This document shows positions 26,155 to 39,445 of a DNA stretch of 64,000 bases, in pieces. Numbering within the stretch: the first letter of the stretch is position 1; the number at the start of each line of letters is the position of its first letter. A model generated the notes under the pieces. The model ran no database searches. It was not told the origin of the DNA and worked only from the letters and a program-made list of their open reading frames with translations. The position numbers and the translations under genes are program-made. Origin of the DNA: Eledone cirrhosa (Eukaryota); NCBI GenBank assembly GCA_964016885.1, contig OZ024741.1, forward strand, positions 71,858,001 to 71,922,000. Reading direction: 5' to 3'.

Positions 26155-26825
26155 GACATACATAATCTACCATTCGTCACCATTTTTTAATGTATGTAAA
26201 AATAACGATGTTGAGGATATATATATATATAATATGATATAGAGTTACGTCCCTTTACGTTCTGAGTTCAAATCCCGCTGATGTTAGCTTTGCTTTTCAT
26301 CCTTATGGGGTCGGTAAAATAAAGTACCAGTATGCACTGGGGTCGATTTAATCAACTTTCCCCTCCCCAAACAATTATTGGCCTTGTACCTGAATCAAAA
26401 CCATTACATATATATATATTATATATATAGTATGTATATATATATATATAATATATATATATAATATATATATATATAATTTATATATATATATATATAA
26501 TATATATATATGTATATATATATATAATAATGAAGGAGTTGTGGTAAGGAACCAGATGGACCATAACACACCAGAGTACTCAATACTTAGGGTAGTAGAG
26601 TGGGTAATAGGAGAAAGTATGACCCCGACGGCATATAATATATATATATTTATATATATATATATTATATATATTTATATATATACATATAATATATATA
26701 TATATATAATATATATGTATATATATATATATAATATATATATATATATACATATAATATATATATATATAAATATAATATATATATATATATATATAAT
26801 ATATATAATATATATATATATATTC
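25550..26825. repeat. (TA)n-rich field with nested short insertions
   Basis: Seen directly. Confidence 0.9.
26240..26406 (+). mobile_element. 5'-truncated SINE in (TA)n
   Basis: B box, central domain and tail of the family consensus. Confidence 0.8.
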
Positions 26826-27228
26826 TCCCACAATCAAGGGCATAATCACAGGTACACACAATCCCATGCATTCATATACAGTATATAAAGATTAATAATA
26901 ACTACAACAGAAACTAAAAGTATTTTCCATGTTGATATGTTCTTTCCCTTTCCTTTCCTATACACAGTGAAACATGCTGTGCTGTTCTTGTTGCTCTCAT
27001 TTTGTAAATGATATAATGTTTTTGTTGAAGATGATGGTGATGGTGATGATGATTGGTGGCAAATCTTACCAAAATGTGCCAAATTCTCTCTCATTTGGAA
27101 TGTTAGAAAAATATTACAAAAATACATTAAAAAAATACATCATATTTTGTTGGTTTTTGTTTTACTTTATTGCCAGATTAATTTTCACTCAGTTAAACCA
27201 TGTTATTATGTTTTAATCTCCCTTCCCC

Positions 27229-27267
<39 letters not shown>

Positions 27268-27460
27268 AATGTATACATAAATATACATATATGTATGAAT
27301 ATATAAATGTATACATAAATATACATATATGTATGAATATATATATGTATACATGTATATATGTATACATAAATATGCATATGTATATGAATTTATATAT
27401 ATATATATATATTATTCAAAATATTAATAAATGGAGACACTCACGTAATCAAAATATATG

Positions 27461-27522
27461 TTTTATTATATATATTTCGGAGGTACTGTGCTGTTTTTTC
27501 AGTACGTCCTCATCAGATAAAA
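27461..27522 (-). ncRNA. Type I hammerhead ribozyme motif (mirror copy in palindrome 27411-27749)
   Basis: Reverse complement of 27638-27699. Confidence 0.85.
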
Positions 27523-27637
27523 TACATAAATTGATGCATGACATCAACTGTGCTGATGGTTCAATTCCAGTCTTGGCAGTCAAGACTGGAATTGAACCAT
27601 CAGCACAGTTGAGGTATGTCATGCATCAATTTATGTA

Positions 27638-27699
27638 TTTTATCTGATGAGGACGTACTGAAAAAACAGCACAGTACCTCCGAAATATATATAATAAAA
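27638..27699 (+). ncRNA. Type I hammerhead ribozyme motif
   Basis: ttttat-CTGATGA-ggacgtactg...cagtacctcc-GAAA-tatata-TA-ataaaa. Stem II pairs 9 of 10 positions. Confidence 0.85.
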
Positions 27700-27844
27700 C
27701 ATATATTTTGATTATGTGAATGTATCCATTTATTAATATTTTGAATAATATTAATAACTCCAGAAAACTTCTTTGTTGAGTTCTTTTAATCTATTGTAAA
27801 ACTGTATTCATTGAATAATCAATGAACCTTGTTTAACATTTGTT

Positions 27845-27877
<33 letters not shown>

Positions 27878-27920
27878 GTATACATACATATACACATATA
27901 TGTGTGTATACATATATGTA

Positions 27921-27972
<52 letters not shown>

Positions 27973-28001
27973 ATTATCATTATTCATACAGATAACACAT
28001 A

Positions 28002-28093
28002 TTGCGCTACCTAAGGTTTCAAGACCTAACTCTGGCAGCAACTGCCCACTGTTCATGGCAGTGCAAGACTTAAGCCTATGTCATCAGGTACAA
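28002..28093 (-). ncRNA. Type I hammerhead motif with long stem II
   Basis: ttgtac-CTGATGA-(cataggcttaa...ttaggtctt)-GAAA-ccttagg-TA-gcgcaa. Stem I is imperfect. Lies just 3' of the Penelope remnant on the same strand. Confidence 0.68.
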
Positions 28094-28439
28094 AGTAAAT
28101 GTCTGAACAAGATCTCATTATAAAGTCACGTGTGGAAAGGGGCCATAATTCAGAAACTCTATTGAAACATTTTCTAAGGGAGGCGACAGTTATTTAAATG
28201 CAAATTGTTGTGATGTGTGTATATTTCTGTGTCCCTCTGCTTGTTTTGTTGTTAAGAAATTCATGTCAGTTGATAGTGTGGTGTAGGTTATGGAAGACAA
28301 TTAGAGGCATAAGAGATTGACATATATAATGTGTTGGAATTATGGCAGATCTAGTACATAAAATTGTTAATGTGTTGAAATTATGGCAGATGTAGTACAT
28401 CTAATGACTGGATATTTGCTTGGTGACTCTTCCATGATC

Positions 28440-29520
28440 AGAGCATCTGTCTCTTGAAATGTAAACAGCCCTTAAATATTTCACTTTTAGAGTTCAGGTA
28501 TTTTTTTGATGAGCTCAAACACTGTAAAATCCTGACTTTTTAACTGAGTTAAAGGGAACATCTCTTTGTTTCATTAATGTATGGTCTGGAATTTCCATTT
28601 TATCTTATAGGGATCGCCTCTCTTGTTTAATTGCCAGACTCGTTTTGTTGTGTTGGTCTTCATTTCAGGGTGCTTAATGGAAGAGACGGGTGAGAAGAAA
28701 TTGGTACCATACCCACATGTATTTGACTGCTCTCTACATGTTTGGTGGTGATATATGTAATTTCTATCTCATATACAATGGACTTTATATTATAACTCTG
28801 TAGCAAGGGCAGTCTTCCTGTATCCTGGATCTTCATCAAGTTCTTGTTTGTAGTTATTTTTTATCTCACGGAGGGTCTGCAGGAAGAGTTTATCTTCACA
28901 GTATGCCTACTGAATACTTTGCTGTACTTAAGTTGTGGGGGATAATACTTTTCTATCAGATCTACAAACTTCTTTTCTACATTAGTCTTTTGCTTAAGGG
29001 AGTAAGTAGGGGGAGGGGGTGAACCAGATTATTTTTATTTCTTTATTTCTTTTTTTTTCTAGAATTATCTGGAAAAGCTTTGTAGTATGGTACTGCTTTA
29101 TCAAATATCTCCTGAGTGGATGAAAGGTTAGATATCCTATGGCTAATGTTAGAGACTAGATTTTTAAAAACTATGAAGGGAGTGTGGCAGGATCCGCTGT
29201 TATTATATTTCAGTTTTTCATTAGGCTTATGGTATGGTTTATACATATGTAAGGCCAAGTCTAAGCTAATGTCAAGGAAATTGTCTTTGGTGAGGTTTGT
29301 GTTTACTATAATATTAAATCCTAGTGTGCAAAAGGCTTCTATTAAATGTTTACGGACTCTGTCCCGGATATGGCCATTGCAATTGAGTGATAAAGAAAGG
29401 CCATCATCTCAGTATAGACCAATATCATGGCTGGAGAACTTACACTCAAGTGTATGGAGTATGTTTGATATTATCTAACATGGTCACACACATCAGCACT
29501 GTTGTATGACCCCCATCAAG
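28440..29520 (-). mobile_element. Decayed Penelope-like element (RT C-terminal part plus GIY-YIG remnant)
   Basis: Minus-strand remnants MGSYNSADVCD, GLY*DDGL, YKPYHKPNEKLKY, ISHRISNLSSTQEIFDKAVPYY, KIIWF.P..YSL..KTNVEKKFVDLIEKYYPP, IKWK, LNSKSEIFKGCLH, typical of PLE ORFs. Confidence 0.8.
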
Positions 29521-29688
29521 ATGTATATATGTATATATATATATATATATATATAAGTAGTAACATAACAGTTAGTTCACCATACCGAGAACAATTGTTT
29601 CACCTAATTGTTGTGTTACTACATCTACCAAACTCGTCACATGGACTGAGTGCTCTACCACTAGGGATATTACCTTCCAGTGTTCTAC

Positions 29689-29767
<79 letters not shown>

Positions 29768-30227
29768 TTGCGTGTGTGTGTGATTATTCTGGGTATTTGT
29801 TGTGTTTTGTATGAGGTTCACAGTCTATTCAAAACTGATTTATTAATTGCCACTCTGAAACATTGAATTCAATTTGAGTATCATTGAGTGTTGCAGGGGC
29901 TAGTGCAGAAAATCGACTGACATTGATTCCTAATATGAATATGTCTGTGTGTGTGTGAAGGCATATGGATAAGTTGTTGGAGTAAGTCATAAGGCCATTG
30001 GCTCAATTCTTAGCCAAGGTGGCGCATATTATTTTTGAGCTTTATTTCATGTTTTTCATTAAAACTCCCAAGAAACCTTGTTTATATGTGTGATCTGTAA
30101 ATATTGTTATATTTTTCATATTTGTTATATATATATATATGTGTGTTATAATAGTAGTATCAATATTACGGTTAGGATAATATTAACTGGAATAATTTAT
30201 CTCCTTTACCAGTTGATTAAAAGCTCA

Positions 30228-30309
30228 ATGCCGTGGAGGCGTCGGTGTTTTTGAAATTAATATATATGTTATATGTATATTAATTTCAAAAACACCAAAG
30301 CCTCCACTG

Positions 30310-30312
<3 letters not shown>
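30228..30312. repeat. Hairpin with about 40-bp arms next to (TA)n
   Basis: atgccgtggaggcgtcggtgtttttgaaattaatata / tatattaatttcaaaaacaccaaagcctccactgcat. Confidence 0.8.
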
Positions 30313-30343
<31 letters not shown>

Positions 30344-30887
30344 GTGTGTATATACATGTATGTGTAGTGAGAGAGTCAACAAGAAGAAAAGACTACTCTC
30401 TCTATAAAGCGAGGTAATTTACTATGAAATGTATACAATATAGTGCAGCCTTAGGTTTCATGACCAGACAGGATTGAATGATCACAATTAGTAATGACTC
30501 AGTGCCTTCTACAGTCATGCATTCAGAAAAAAAAATACATGCCTGTAGATTAACTGATTCATTACTGATTGTGGTCATGCAATTTAATCAGACAATTAAA
30601 CCTGCAGCTGTGCTTTAGACTTTGCAGGTACAATTTTTAATGTCATCATCTCATCATCATCTTCGTTTAAAATCCATTTTCCACGCTAGCATGGGTTAGA
30701 CGGTAATGCATATATAAATATATATATATATACATGTATATATATATAAATATATAACTCTACAAGATAAACTGTTTCTAATACAGTTTATTTCATATAC
30801 ATAAATACATACAGACTGCTACATATATGCATATAAGTATACATACATATAAACATACATATATACATATACATATATATATATATA

Positions 30888-31046
30888 GAAAGGATAACAA
30901 GGACGATTGGTTACTCCTTCGAGCTGCCGATTATAGAGTCAGGTAAGATCGATACAGATCGAACCTTGAGCTGATCAGTGGTGAAACGCGCGTCACCTAC
31001 CAATAAATGTAATGAAGGAGTAACCAATCGTCCTTGTTATCCTTTC
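30888..31046. repeat. Perfect 33-bp inverted repeat enclosing an HHR-like 3' half
   Basis: Arms 30888-30920 and 31014-31046. Inner aggt...GAAA-cgcgcg-TC-acct with a non-canonical 5' core. Confidence 0.75.
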
Positions 31047-31596
31047 AATATATTACACTCCTGTATAGCTCTACACCTCAACACAGGAGTGAACCTAAAC
31101 ATCGAGTGCTCACCCGGGTGAACCTGCAGTAACTCCAAGTTACACTCCCTAGATATATATATATCTATATATAAAAAAAAATACATATATATATTTAATA
31201 CCGTCGATATATGCCCATTGTATTGTGCTGATACACTGAGTATTGGAGTTGCGTCGTGCTGCTGCACCATGTGGTTTTTTACACAGCATGATTATATGAT
31301 ATATATTCAGACAGTCTCTTTTGAGTAGATATATATACAGCAATTCAATACAACACTTTGTTCACATATATGATCTAGCAGTGATCCTGTATGTATGATC
31401 ATTTTTTTACTTGTCTCATATTCTTTGCTGTACTTGCCTCCTTTAGTTCTCTCAGCATTAGTTATTCCAATGTTTTGAAATTTCAGAAGCTGATTCTTTG
31501 AGTTTTTGAAATCATGGTTGGGACATTATATAGGTTAGAATTGGCTTCCTTTAATCAATTTGACTTGTATTCAGACCAAAGTGTGATTTGGGCTTA

Positions 31597-31681
<85 letters not shown>

Positions 31682-31742
31682 AAAATGAGGTTTTTTTTTC
31701 CAAAATGAAAAAAAAAACCGAGATGTCCTACACGAGTGAAAG

Positions 31743-31928
31743 TATAAGGAAAAAAGATGAAAAGGAAAATGCAACTGGAGTCTTTTTAAGAATATTTATT
31801 TGTTTCCTTTACCTCCATCTCAATTCTACTTTTGAAAAGCAGAAGAACTGTGAAACTGGTAAAGGAAACAAATAAATATTCTTAAAAAAACTCCAGTTGC
31901 ATTTTCGATTTCATCTTTTTTCCTTATA
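31743..31928. repeat. Inverted repeat with about 70-bp arms between (TA)n tracts
   Basis: Arms 31743-31813 and 31858-31928. Spacer contains tttgaaaag...GAAActggTA. Confidence 0.8.
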
Positions 31929-32030
31929 TATATATATATGTGTGTAAAAGGTAAACAGAAATAACAACACAATCGGTACAGTATAAGGAAGGGATATATT
32001 AGGTTAACGCTTGATATAGCATGAATAGGG

Positions 32031-32065
32031 TCTTAAAGTTTCGGACGCTAGTCCTTCTTCAGAGA
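32031..32065 (-). ncRNA. Minimal hammerhead motif
   Basis: tct-CTGAAGA-a-ggac tagc gtcc-GAAA-ctt-TA-aga. Stem III is weak. Confidence 0.55.
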
Positions 32066-32919
32066 AAAGAATGAGAAATAAGATAGATTGAGGGGACGGG
32101 TGGGTTGGAATTGGAAAAAATGTCTTTAGATAAAAATAACAGGTCCATTCATGTTGACATCATATATGTTTAATATAGAAATTGCTCCTAAAGGACTAGA
32201 ACTGTTTCATAGCGGTGAATTGACAGAGTCGTTAGAACGTCGGATAGAATGCTTTATGGTATTCTTTCCATCTCTCTGCTCTTTGAGTTCAAATCCCACC
32301 AAGGTCAACTTAGCCTTTATCCTTTTGAGGTTGATAAAAAAAAGTACCAGTCTAGTACTGGGGTTGATTCTTCTTCTATACTCTTTCTCATTTTTCCTCT
32401 CTCTCACTCTCACTTTCTATCTTTCTCTGGAAGAAATCTGCTGTACTCAGACCTGGAGAGGGATGGGCTCCGCCAGGCTTAAAATGCTCAAGAGACGCCA
32501 TACAGTGCCCCTACAACTCTATCAGGAGTTATGGGACCATACATACATATATACATATATATATATACACACACATACATACATGCGCAGAAAGAGAGAC
32601 AGAGTAAAGAATGGGAGTTTAATACCAAATATTTCTGAAAGTTTTGCCACCATTGCTGTTTATATTATTATTGTTGTTATAATCTTTGAAACAGACCAAT
32701 ACTTTTACAAATATAATCTAAACAATTTGTTATTTGAGAAAGAAAATGAGAAACTGAAATAGCTGTGCATTTTCATTCTTTTTTACCATGGCAGTGTATT
32801 TCCTGGGTGTGTACAAGTACAGACACATGACACACACACACACACATATAAGTGCATGCACACACACTTACAACATATATATATATACACACACACCCAT
32901 ATTCACACACACTCACACG

Positions 32920-32960
<41 letters not shown>

Positions 32961-32968
<8 letters not shown>

Positions 32969-33148
32969 ATACTTGAGGAGGGTCATATTGTTGTAATAAT
33001 ATTGCCAGAAATAATAACAGAACACACTGTTTGGTTGGATTTCGCTTCTGTATCTTTTATATCTCCATAGTTAATTTATTTGTGTGTTCTGTTATTATTT
33101 CTGGCAATATTATTACAACAATATGACCCTCCCCAAGTATAACAATAT
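32961..33148. repeat. Inverted repeat with about 67-bp arms between (TA)n tracts
   Basis: atattgttatacttgaggagggtcatattgttg... and its reverse complement at 33082-33148. Confidence 0.85.
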
Positions 33149-33479
33149 TTGTTTCAACACACGATTTCATATAAAAAACCTTGCAAAACAAATTCATATA
33201 TATATATATATATAAATATAGCAGTTCAATTAAGATGCATTGGGATAATTTGAAATTTGAAATGTGTCTGTGCTAATGTAAATGACAATAATAATAGTTG
33301 ATCCTTATAAATAATATTTGAAAAAATATAGTAAAGTAGACCTGGAGATTGAAAAGGTGAACAGAGGTGTATACTATGACTTCAGGTTTTCATGACATTT
33401 TTAGGCTTTTTTATGTTTTTACACAACCCAGTGATCCACCAAGCATTTCCCAAATGCCCATATGGCTAGTCTGCTTCTG

Positions 33480-33790
33480 GATGTGTTAATAGAAAAACTA
33501 TGTATATGAGGAATCACATATTGTGTGTAACAGAGAAGACTTTAAGCTGGTATCGGCATGTGGTGCATATGAAGGGTGACAGGTGGGTAAAGAAATGCCG
33601 ACATATCAAAATGAAAGGAACCTATGGAAGAGGAAGATATGGGAAAAAATTGTGAAATTTGATCTCAGGAAATAAAAGCTTATGAAGCAAATGACAAACG
33701 ACCACAACAAGTGGGGAGTCATTATATTTTAGAGGATCGGTCCAATCCATACAAACATGAGAAAATGGATGTAAAAATTTGACGATGGTG
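33480..33790 (+). mobile_element. Old RTE 3' remnant
   Basis: RRL.WYRHVVHM...VKKCR...GR-like remnant followed by the ccatacaaacatgagaaaatggatgtaaa...gacgatg tail. Confidence 0.55.
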
Positions 33791-34087
33791 TTTGAAAGCA
33801 AATTTTTCTGAAAGTTTTGCCACCATTGCTCTGGTTTATATTGTTGTTGTTGTTCTTGTTATAATCTTTGAAACATACCAATTCTTTTACTAATAAAATA
33901 TAAACAATGAAATGGTTTAATTATATTGAAAAAGGAACTGGGAAATTTTGTATTTTTTTAACCACTGCAGTGTATTTCCAGTATGTGTACAAGCATCCAG
34001 ACACACACTCACTCTCTCTCACACATACACACACACATATATATATATATGTGTGTGTGTATATGTATATTTACCTATGCATTAAAG

Positions 34088-36930
34088 GCAAGGCTGAGTA
34101 AAGAACAAAAAGACAGGTTCTATGAGGAATTTTTACAGACAACTTCAGTTGTTAGCTGTCGAGGCACTGCATCCTTTAAAACCTCCATGCTTCCCGAGAT
34201 TCGCCAACACTACACCTAATGTTCCCCCTCCATACACATACACACATGTATATCATGACTCATACACTATTCACTTCCCTGACATTTGTATATTATTCTA
34301 TGTACTATACATACACCTTTGACGAGTTGTAGTGCACCTGAGCACTTTACACAATAATTTCATTATTATTTTAAAAGTGACCTCATCATCCTGGTAGGTG
34401 ACTTCAATGGACAGTACCAGGATGGATTAATGGAGCTCACGGTGGCTATTGTTATGGCCAAAGAAATGGAATTCTGTGATGCAAATGAAATAACCGTTTG
34501 CAAAACCATCTGATCACAAATCAAACAGGTGAACACACAAGCCAAATCGATTTTTTACTTGTAAGACAATTAGATAAACAGACTGTAATAAATCCCTTCC
34601 CTGGGTAAGAATTGGCTGCCCATCATAAGTTGGTTGTTAGTGACATCAGAATAGATACAAGACAGAACAAGATAAACAGGAAAATTTGGAGACAAAGGGT
34701 TTGGAAGCTAAAGGACCTTTTGGTTAAAAATAGGTCTATAAAGGCCCTACAAGTTGTATCTGATGAAAGAGATGACAAGCCAGATACATATGATGTAGAG
34801 GACAACTGGAAATTCTGGTGCGACAACCTTTTGTGAACTACTGATGAGACTTGCGGCTGGAGCAAAATGCCAGTTAGACAGAGGGTGGAACAGCACAGTA
34901 GATAGAGCCATTAAGGCACGGAAAGACTGGAAAAATGGGGGTAGCAGAAGCTGGTACGAGGTAGCTAAGAGAGCAGCTAGACAATAGGTATACACAGCTT
35001 AGAGAGAAGCTGAAAAAAGAAAGTTTGCCAATATCTTGTGACATGAGGATCAGAGACGTGAATTGTTCTGCATTGCAAGGCAGTGAGTCAGTGTGAATCA
35101 TGATGTTGTTGGGAAAAGTGTGTTAGAAATGACATTGATGTATTTAGCACCACAAATGTTCAAAAGAAAGAGGCCTGGAAATGTAACTATGAGAGATTGA
35201 TGAATGGGAGGAAGAGAGACAACCCCCAATTTACCCAACAGAAAGACCAGCTATTAAAGTTAACAGTTACAGGGTCAAAGAAACAATCAAGATGAAAAAT
35301 GGTAAAGCTGCAGCCATTAATTTCAAGTCTGAGATAGTTGCCGAGATGCTATAAGCATTGGGAGAAGTAGAAGTCAATCTAGTAACCCTCATAGCCAATT
35401 GGGTAATACAGGATGGAGTCATACCCAATGACTGGCACAGCAGTACAATCATAAATTGCTACAAAGGCAAAGGTGATGCTCTAGAAAGGAACAACTATAG
35501 AGGAATAAAACTAATGGACCAACTTATGAAAGTGACAGAAGTAGTTATAGCACAGCTAATTAGAGAAAGAGCCAAATTAGACGAGATGCAGTTTTGTTTC
35601 ATGTCTAGGAAAAGTACTATAAATGCCCTCTTCTTAGTGAGGCAACTACAAGAGAAGTTCCTAACCAAGAATAAGCCACTATATTTAGGTTTTGTTGATC
35701 TAAAGAAGGCTTTTGACAGAATATCTCAGTCGAATATCTGGTAGTCTTTAAGGAAATTAGGTGTAGAAGAATGGCTTGTGAGAGTAGTGCAAGCTATGTA
35801 TAGAGGAGCTGTCAGTAAAGTGAGAGTAGGAAATGAGTTTAGCGAGGAATTCAAGGTACAGGTAAAAGTTTATCAGGGTTTGGTTCTTAGCCTACTTCTA
35901 TTCATCATAGTTTTCCAGGCCATAACAGAGAAGTTTAAGACTGGCTTCCCTTGGGAACTTCTCTATGTGGATGATCTGGTCATTATAGCTAAATCAATAA
36001 AAACAAATTACGGAATAAGTTACAACTATGGTAACACGAGTTGGAATCAAAAGATCTGAGCATAAACTTAGCCAAAACTAAACTAGTAAGTAGGAAAGAA
36101 GATAGGAGCCTGATTCCCTCAGGGAAGTGACCCTGCTCAATATGTAGAACAGGAGTAGGCATAAACTCTGTACAATATACACAATTTAAATCTTCATTAC
36201 ACAATAAATGAAGTGGGATAACAGGTAGGGAAGACTTTGTATGTAAAAGATGCACAGGGGTAATTAAGGGGAAGATTGTCATTGATATAAACCTTTTCCA
36301 ATCACAGGAAGGATCCATAGAAGTGGTTGATAGCTTCTGCTATCTAGGTGACTTAATCAGCTGTGGAAGAGGTTACTCTGAGAGAATAATAGCTAGAATA
36401 AGGATAGAATGGAAGAAGTTTAGAGAACTACTCCCACTGTTGACAATAAAAGATTTCTCCCTATATACAAAAGGATGACTGTATGATGCCTGTGTGGGAA
36501 GTGCAATGCTGCATGTTAGTGAAGCATGGGCAGTGACTGCAGAGGACATGCATTGACTGGAGAGAAATGAAGTAGCCATGCTTTATTGGATGTGCAATGT
36601 AAATGTGAGAGAAAAGCAGAGCTTGGGCGAACTGAGGGAGAAACTGGGTTTAAGAAGAATCAGAAGTGGTGTGCAAGAGAGAAGACTACATTGGTAGAGA
36701 CATGTGATGCACATGGATGATGATCGTTGAGTGAAGAAGTGCCAGGAAATTCCAGTGGAAGGAAGCTGCAGTAAAAGTAGACCAAGGACAACATGGGCAG
36801 AGGTGGTGTGAGCTGATCTCAAATTGCTGAGACTAACAGTGAAGATGATGAAGGAAAGTGGTGAGTGGAGAGATGCTGTGCTGAAAAGGACCCATCCAAA
36901 TATGGAAAAACGAAGATGATGTTGATGATA
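34088..36930 (+). mobile_element. Decayed RTE LINE (APE-end plus RT remnants) with a short nested insertion at about 34158-34372
   Basis: KDRFYEE, DLIILVGDFNG, YKGKGDALERNNYRGIKLM, DLKKAFDR, LLYVDDL. Multiple stops and frameshifts. Confidence 0.88.
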
Positions 36931-37135
36931 CTGGTATCTATCTGGTGTCAGCCAATAAGGCTTTTAGAACTCCATGTAGTACATAAGTAAAAATCCCAAT
37001 GAAATCAGGTGATAAGAGCTTTTGTTTTTGTGGTAGGGTACAATCATATTAAATTTTGTTGAGCATTCAAATGAGCTACAGAGTCATATATATATAGGTT
37101 AAACAATGAAAACAAAAAGGCGAGTATTAGATCAT

Positions 37136-37246
37136 TGTTTTACGATTGTTTCAGAAGCTTCATTGCCCATTGGAATATAGTGACTAATTGATAGTAGTTA
37201 TGCAACTCTTACCAATAGATTCATCCTACTATCTTTGTCAGAAACA
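37136..37246 (-). ncRNA. Decayed hammerhead motif (core CTGACAA) in an old fold-back
   Basis: tgttt-CTGACAA-...-GAAA-caatcg-TA-aaaca. Inverted repeat about 37176-37252 vs 37270-37363. Confidence 0.5.
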
Positions 37247-39251
37247 TTGAACAAGAATCTATATTCTCATTCATTGTTTCTGACAAAAAAAATGGTGTGA
37301 CAGATCTATTATATGGATACTAATAATATGGAGTTGTATAACTGCTAACAATTAGTCACTATGTTGATATTATGATGGGTGGGCTTTGGGTTGTATTATT
37401 TGGTATGTTGTAGATGTGAGATCACCAGGAAAGCTCATTAATGATGGTGTGTCCTAGCATTTGTTATGTTGTAGATGCTGTTTCCTACCACTTGAGCAAT
37501 TTTATGACCTGAGGATAAGTGGGATACAAGTAATTTGCTAGGTTGGGGAGAAGGTGGATGCTGTTGTGTTCAGATTGAACTCATCATCATCACCATTTAA
37601 TATCGATTTTCCATGCTTGCATGGGTTAGACAGTCTGTTATGTTCTGAGGTTAGACCATTCAGGTAATCATGTCTAGCTCATACATTCTATTTTTGGCTT
37701 GGTTTCTACTGCTGGATGTCCTTCTTAATACCAGCTACTCTACTGCATGTACTTGGAGCATTTTATTGTGACACCAGCACTACTACCTTAGAGTGTGGAC
37801 TGGGTGCTTTTTATTGACACCAGCACTACCACTTTACAATGTGTACTAGAAATATTTTATCATGGCACCAGCACTACTATTTTCAGAGTGGACTGGGAGC
37901 ATGCATTTTATCATGGCACCAGCACTACCAGTTTTCAGAATGGACTAGGTGTATTTTATATAGATCAATATCTGGTGGAATAACATTGGTGAGAAAGGAG
38001 AGATGGTGAGAACGAGAGGAAAAGATATGTGTATCAAGATATTGGAAGGTTTATGTAATTAGCTATATTTTTGAGGAACAGAAGCCACTGCAGTATGTGT
38101 AGAGAGACCTAAAGAAAAAACAGTATATCTGAGAGTAAGTGGGTTTAGTGTGTTGAGTGAATAACTCTTTGGTAGTTAGTTAAATGACTTTCTTTTAGAT
38201 CTGGTCTAATACACTATATAGAGGACACACTTTAGTTCTGATAGACAACCTCTGTATTGCCTCTTCTTTTACACATCTGTTACTAGTGTCATGACAAAGT
38301 TCCTCTTAAAACTCACCCTGTCCATCTGAAGTTCCCTTGCCTCCAGCCTGGTGTCAATGTTTGGGTGTTCAAACTTATTTTTCCAGAAAACATGACTTTA
38401 TTGCTTGGAACACAATAAAATGCATCCAATCCATGCTGTCAAATGGTTGGTCACAAAAATATGACATGTTCAAATACAATTATTAACCCTAACTTCAGGA
38501 TTAACCTTAACTGCAAACAATAGTTGGCTGGCTTGATGAAATATCTAACCATGTGCAAAAACCCCTTAGCCATAATCAAGTGATCACATATTTCTTTTCA
38601 GGTCAGAGAACAGCCATCAAAAGACAATTCAACCACCACCAGATATCTACTTCTTGTCAAGTAACACATTTCAGGGCTGCCACTAACAATGTCGACACAA
38701 TGAAATTGTGGAGATGCAATAGCAAAGATGAGTAGATGTGTGTTGTGTACACGAGGTGAGATGATGGAAAACCTCAATCAGATTCCTCACAGGCAAAGAA
38801 CAGAGGTACAAACTCTTCTGAGTATGTAACAATTATGGTGTAGGTGGAGTAGGTAAAATATTAGCAGAAAAGTGGATTTTTAATGAAATACACTTTCTAT
38901 TGGTTTTGAAAATAAAAAATCCAGGGTAGTTGCAAGTGGTTTAGTATTCTTATTGATCATCACGACTGATAAGAAAAACAAGTTTGCTAATTTACTCTTC
39001 TACCTTATCTTGGTTAAACTGCTAATGTCACGAAGCTACTACAACCAGGTTATTTACTTGTTGTAATTATACAATAAACATACTCACATATTTTTCTTCA
39101 TTGCTTCCTCACTCTCTGCTTTCTTACCCTCTTCTATTATCAATGTTGACACATTTAACATTGTGATTTGTTGTACGAGTCAACAATTTCATTTTCTGAT
39201 CTTAAAGACATCCCACCAGCTCTTCTGTTAACATTATTATGATTATTCATT

Positions 39252-39445
39252 GGGCGGTGGATTGGCAGTATAGGGAAAGGGTCGGATGCCATGCTTTGCA
39301 GCATAGAGTTAAGCTCCTTTATGGTCTGAGTTCAAATTCCGCTGAGGTTAACTTTGCCTTTCATCCTTATGGGGTTGATAAAATAAAGTACCAGTAATGC
39401 ACTGGGGTAATTGCTGGCCTTGTGCCCAAAATAGAAACAATTATT
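39252..39445 (+). mobile_element. Full-length SINE (same family)
   Basis: gggcggtggattggcag...gagttcaaattccgc...tagaaacaattatt. Confidence 0.85.

Noticed and set aside
32151-32762. 203-aa ORF
   Set aside because: It runs through an HHR-family fragment, a SINE and a microsatellite, with no protein motif or splice support.
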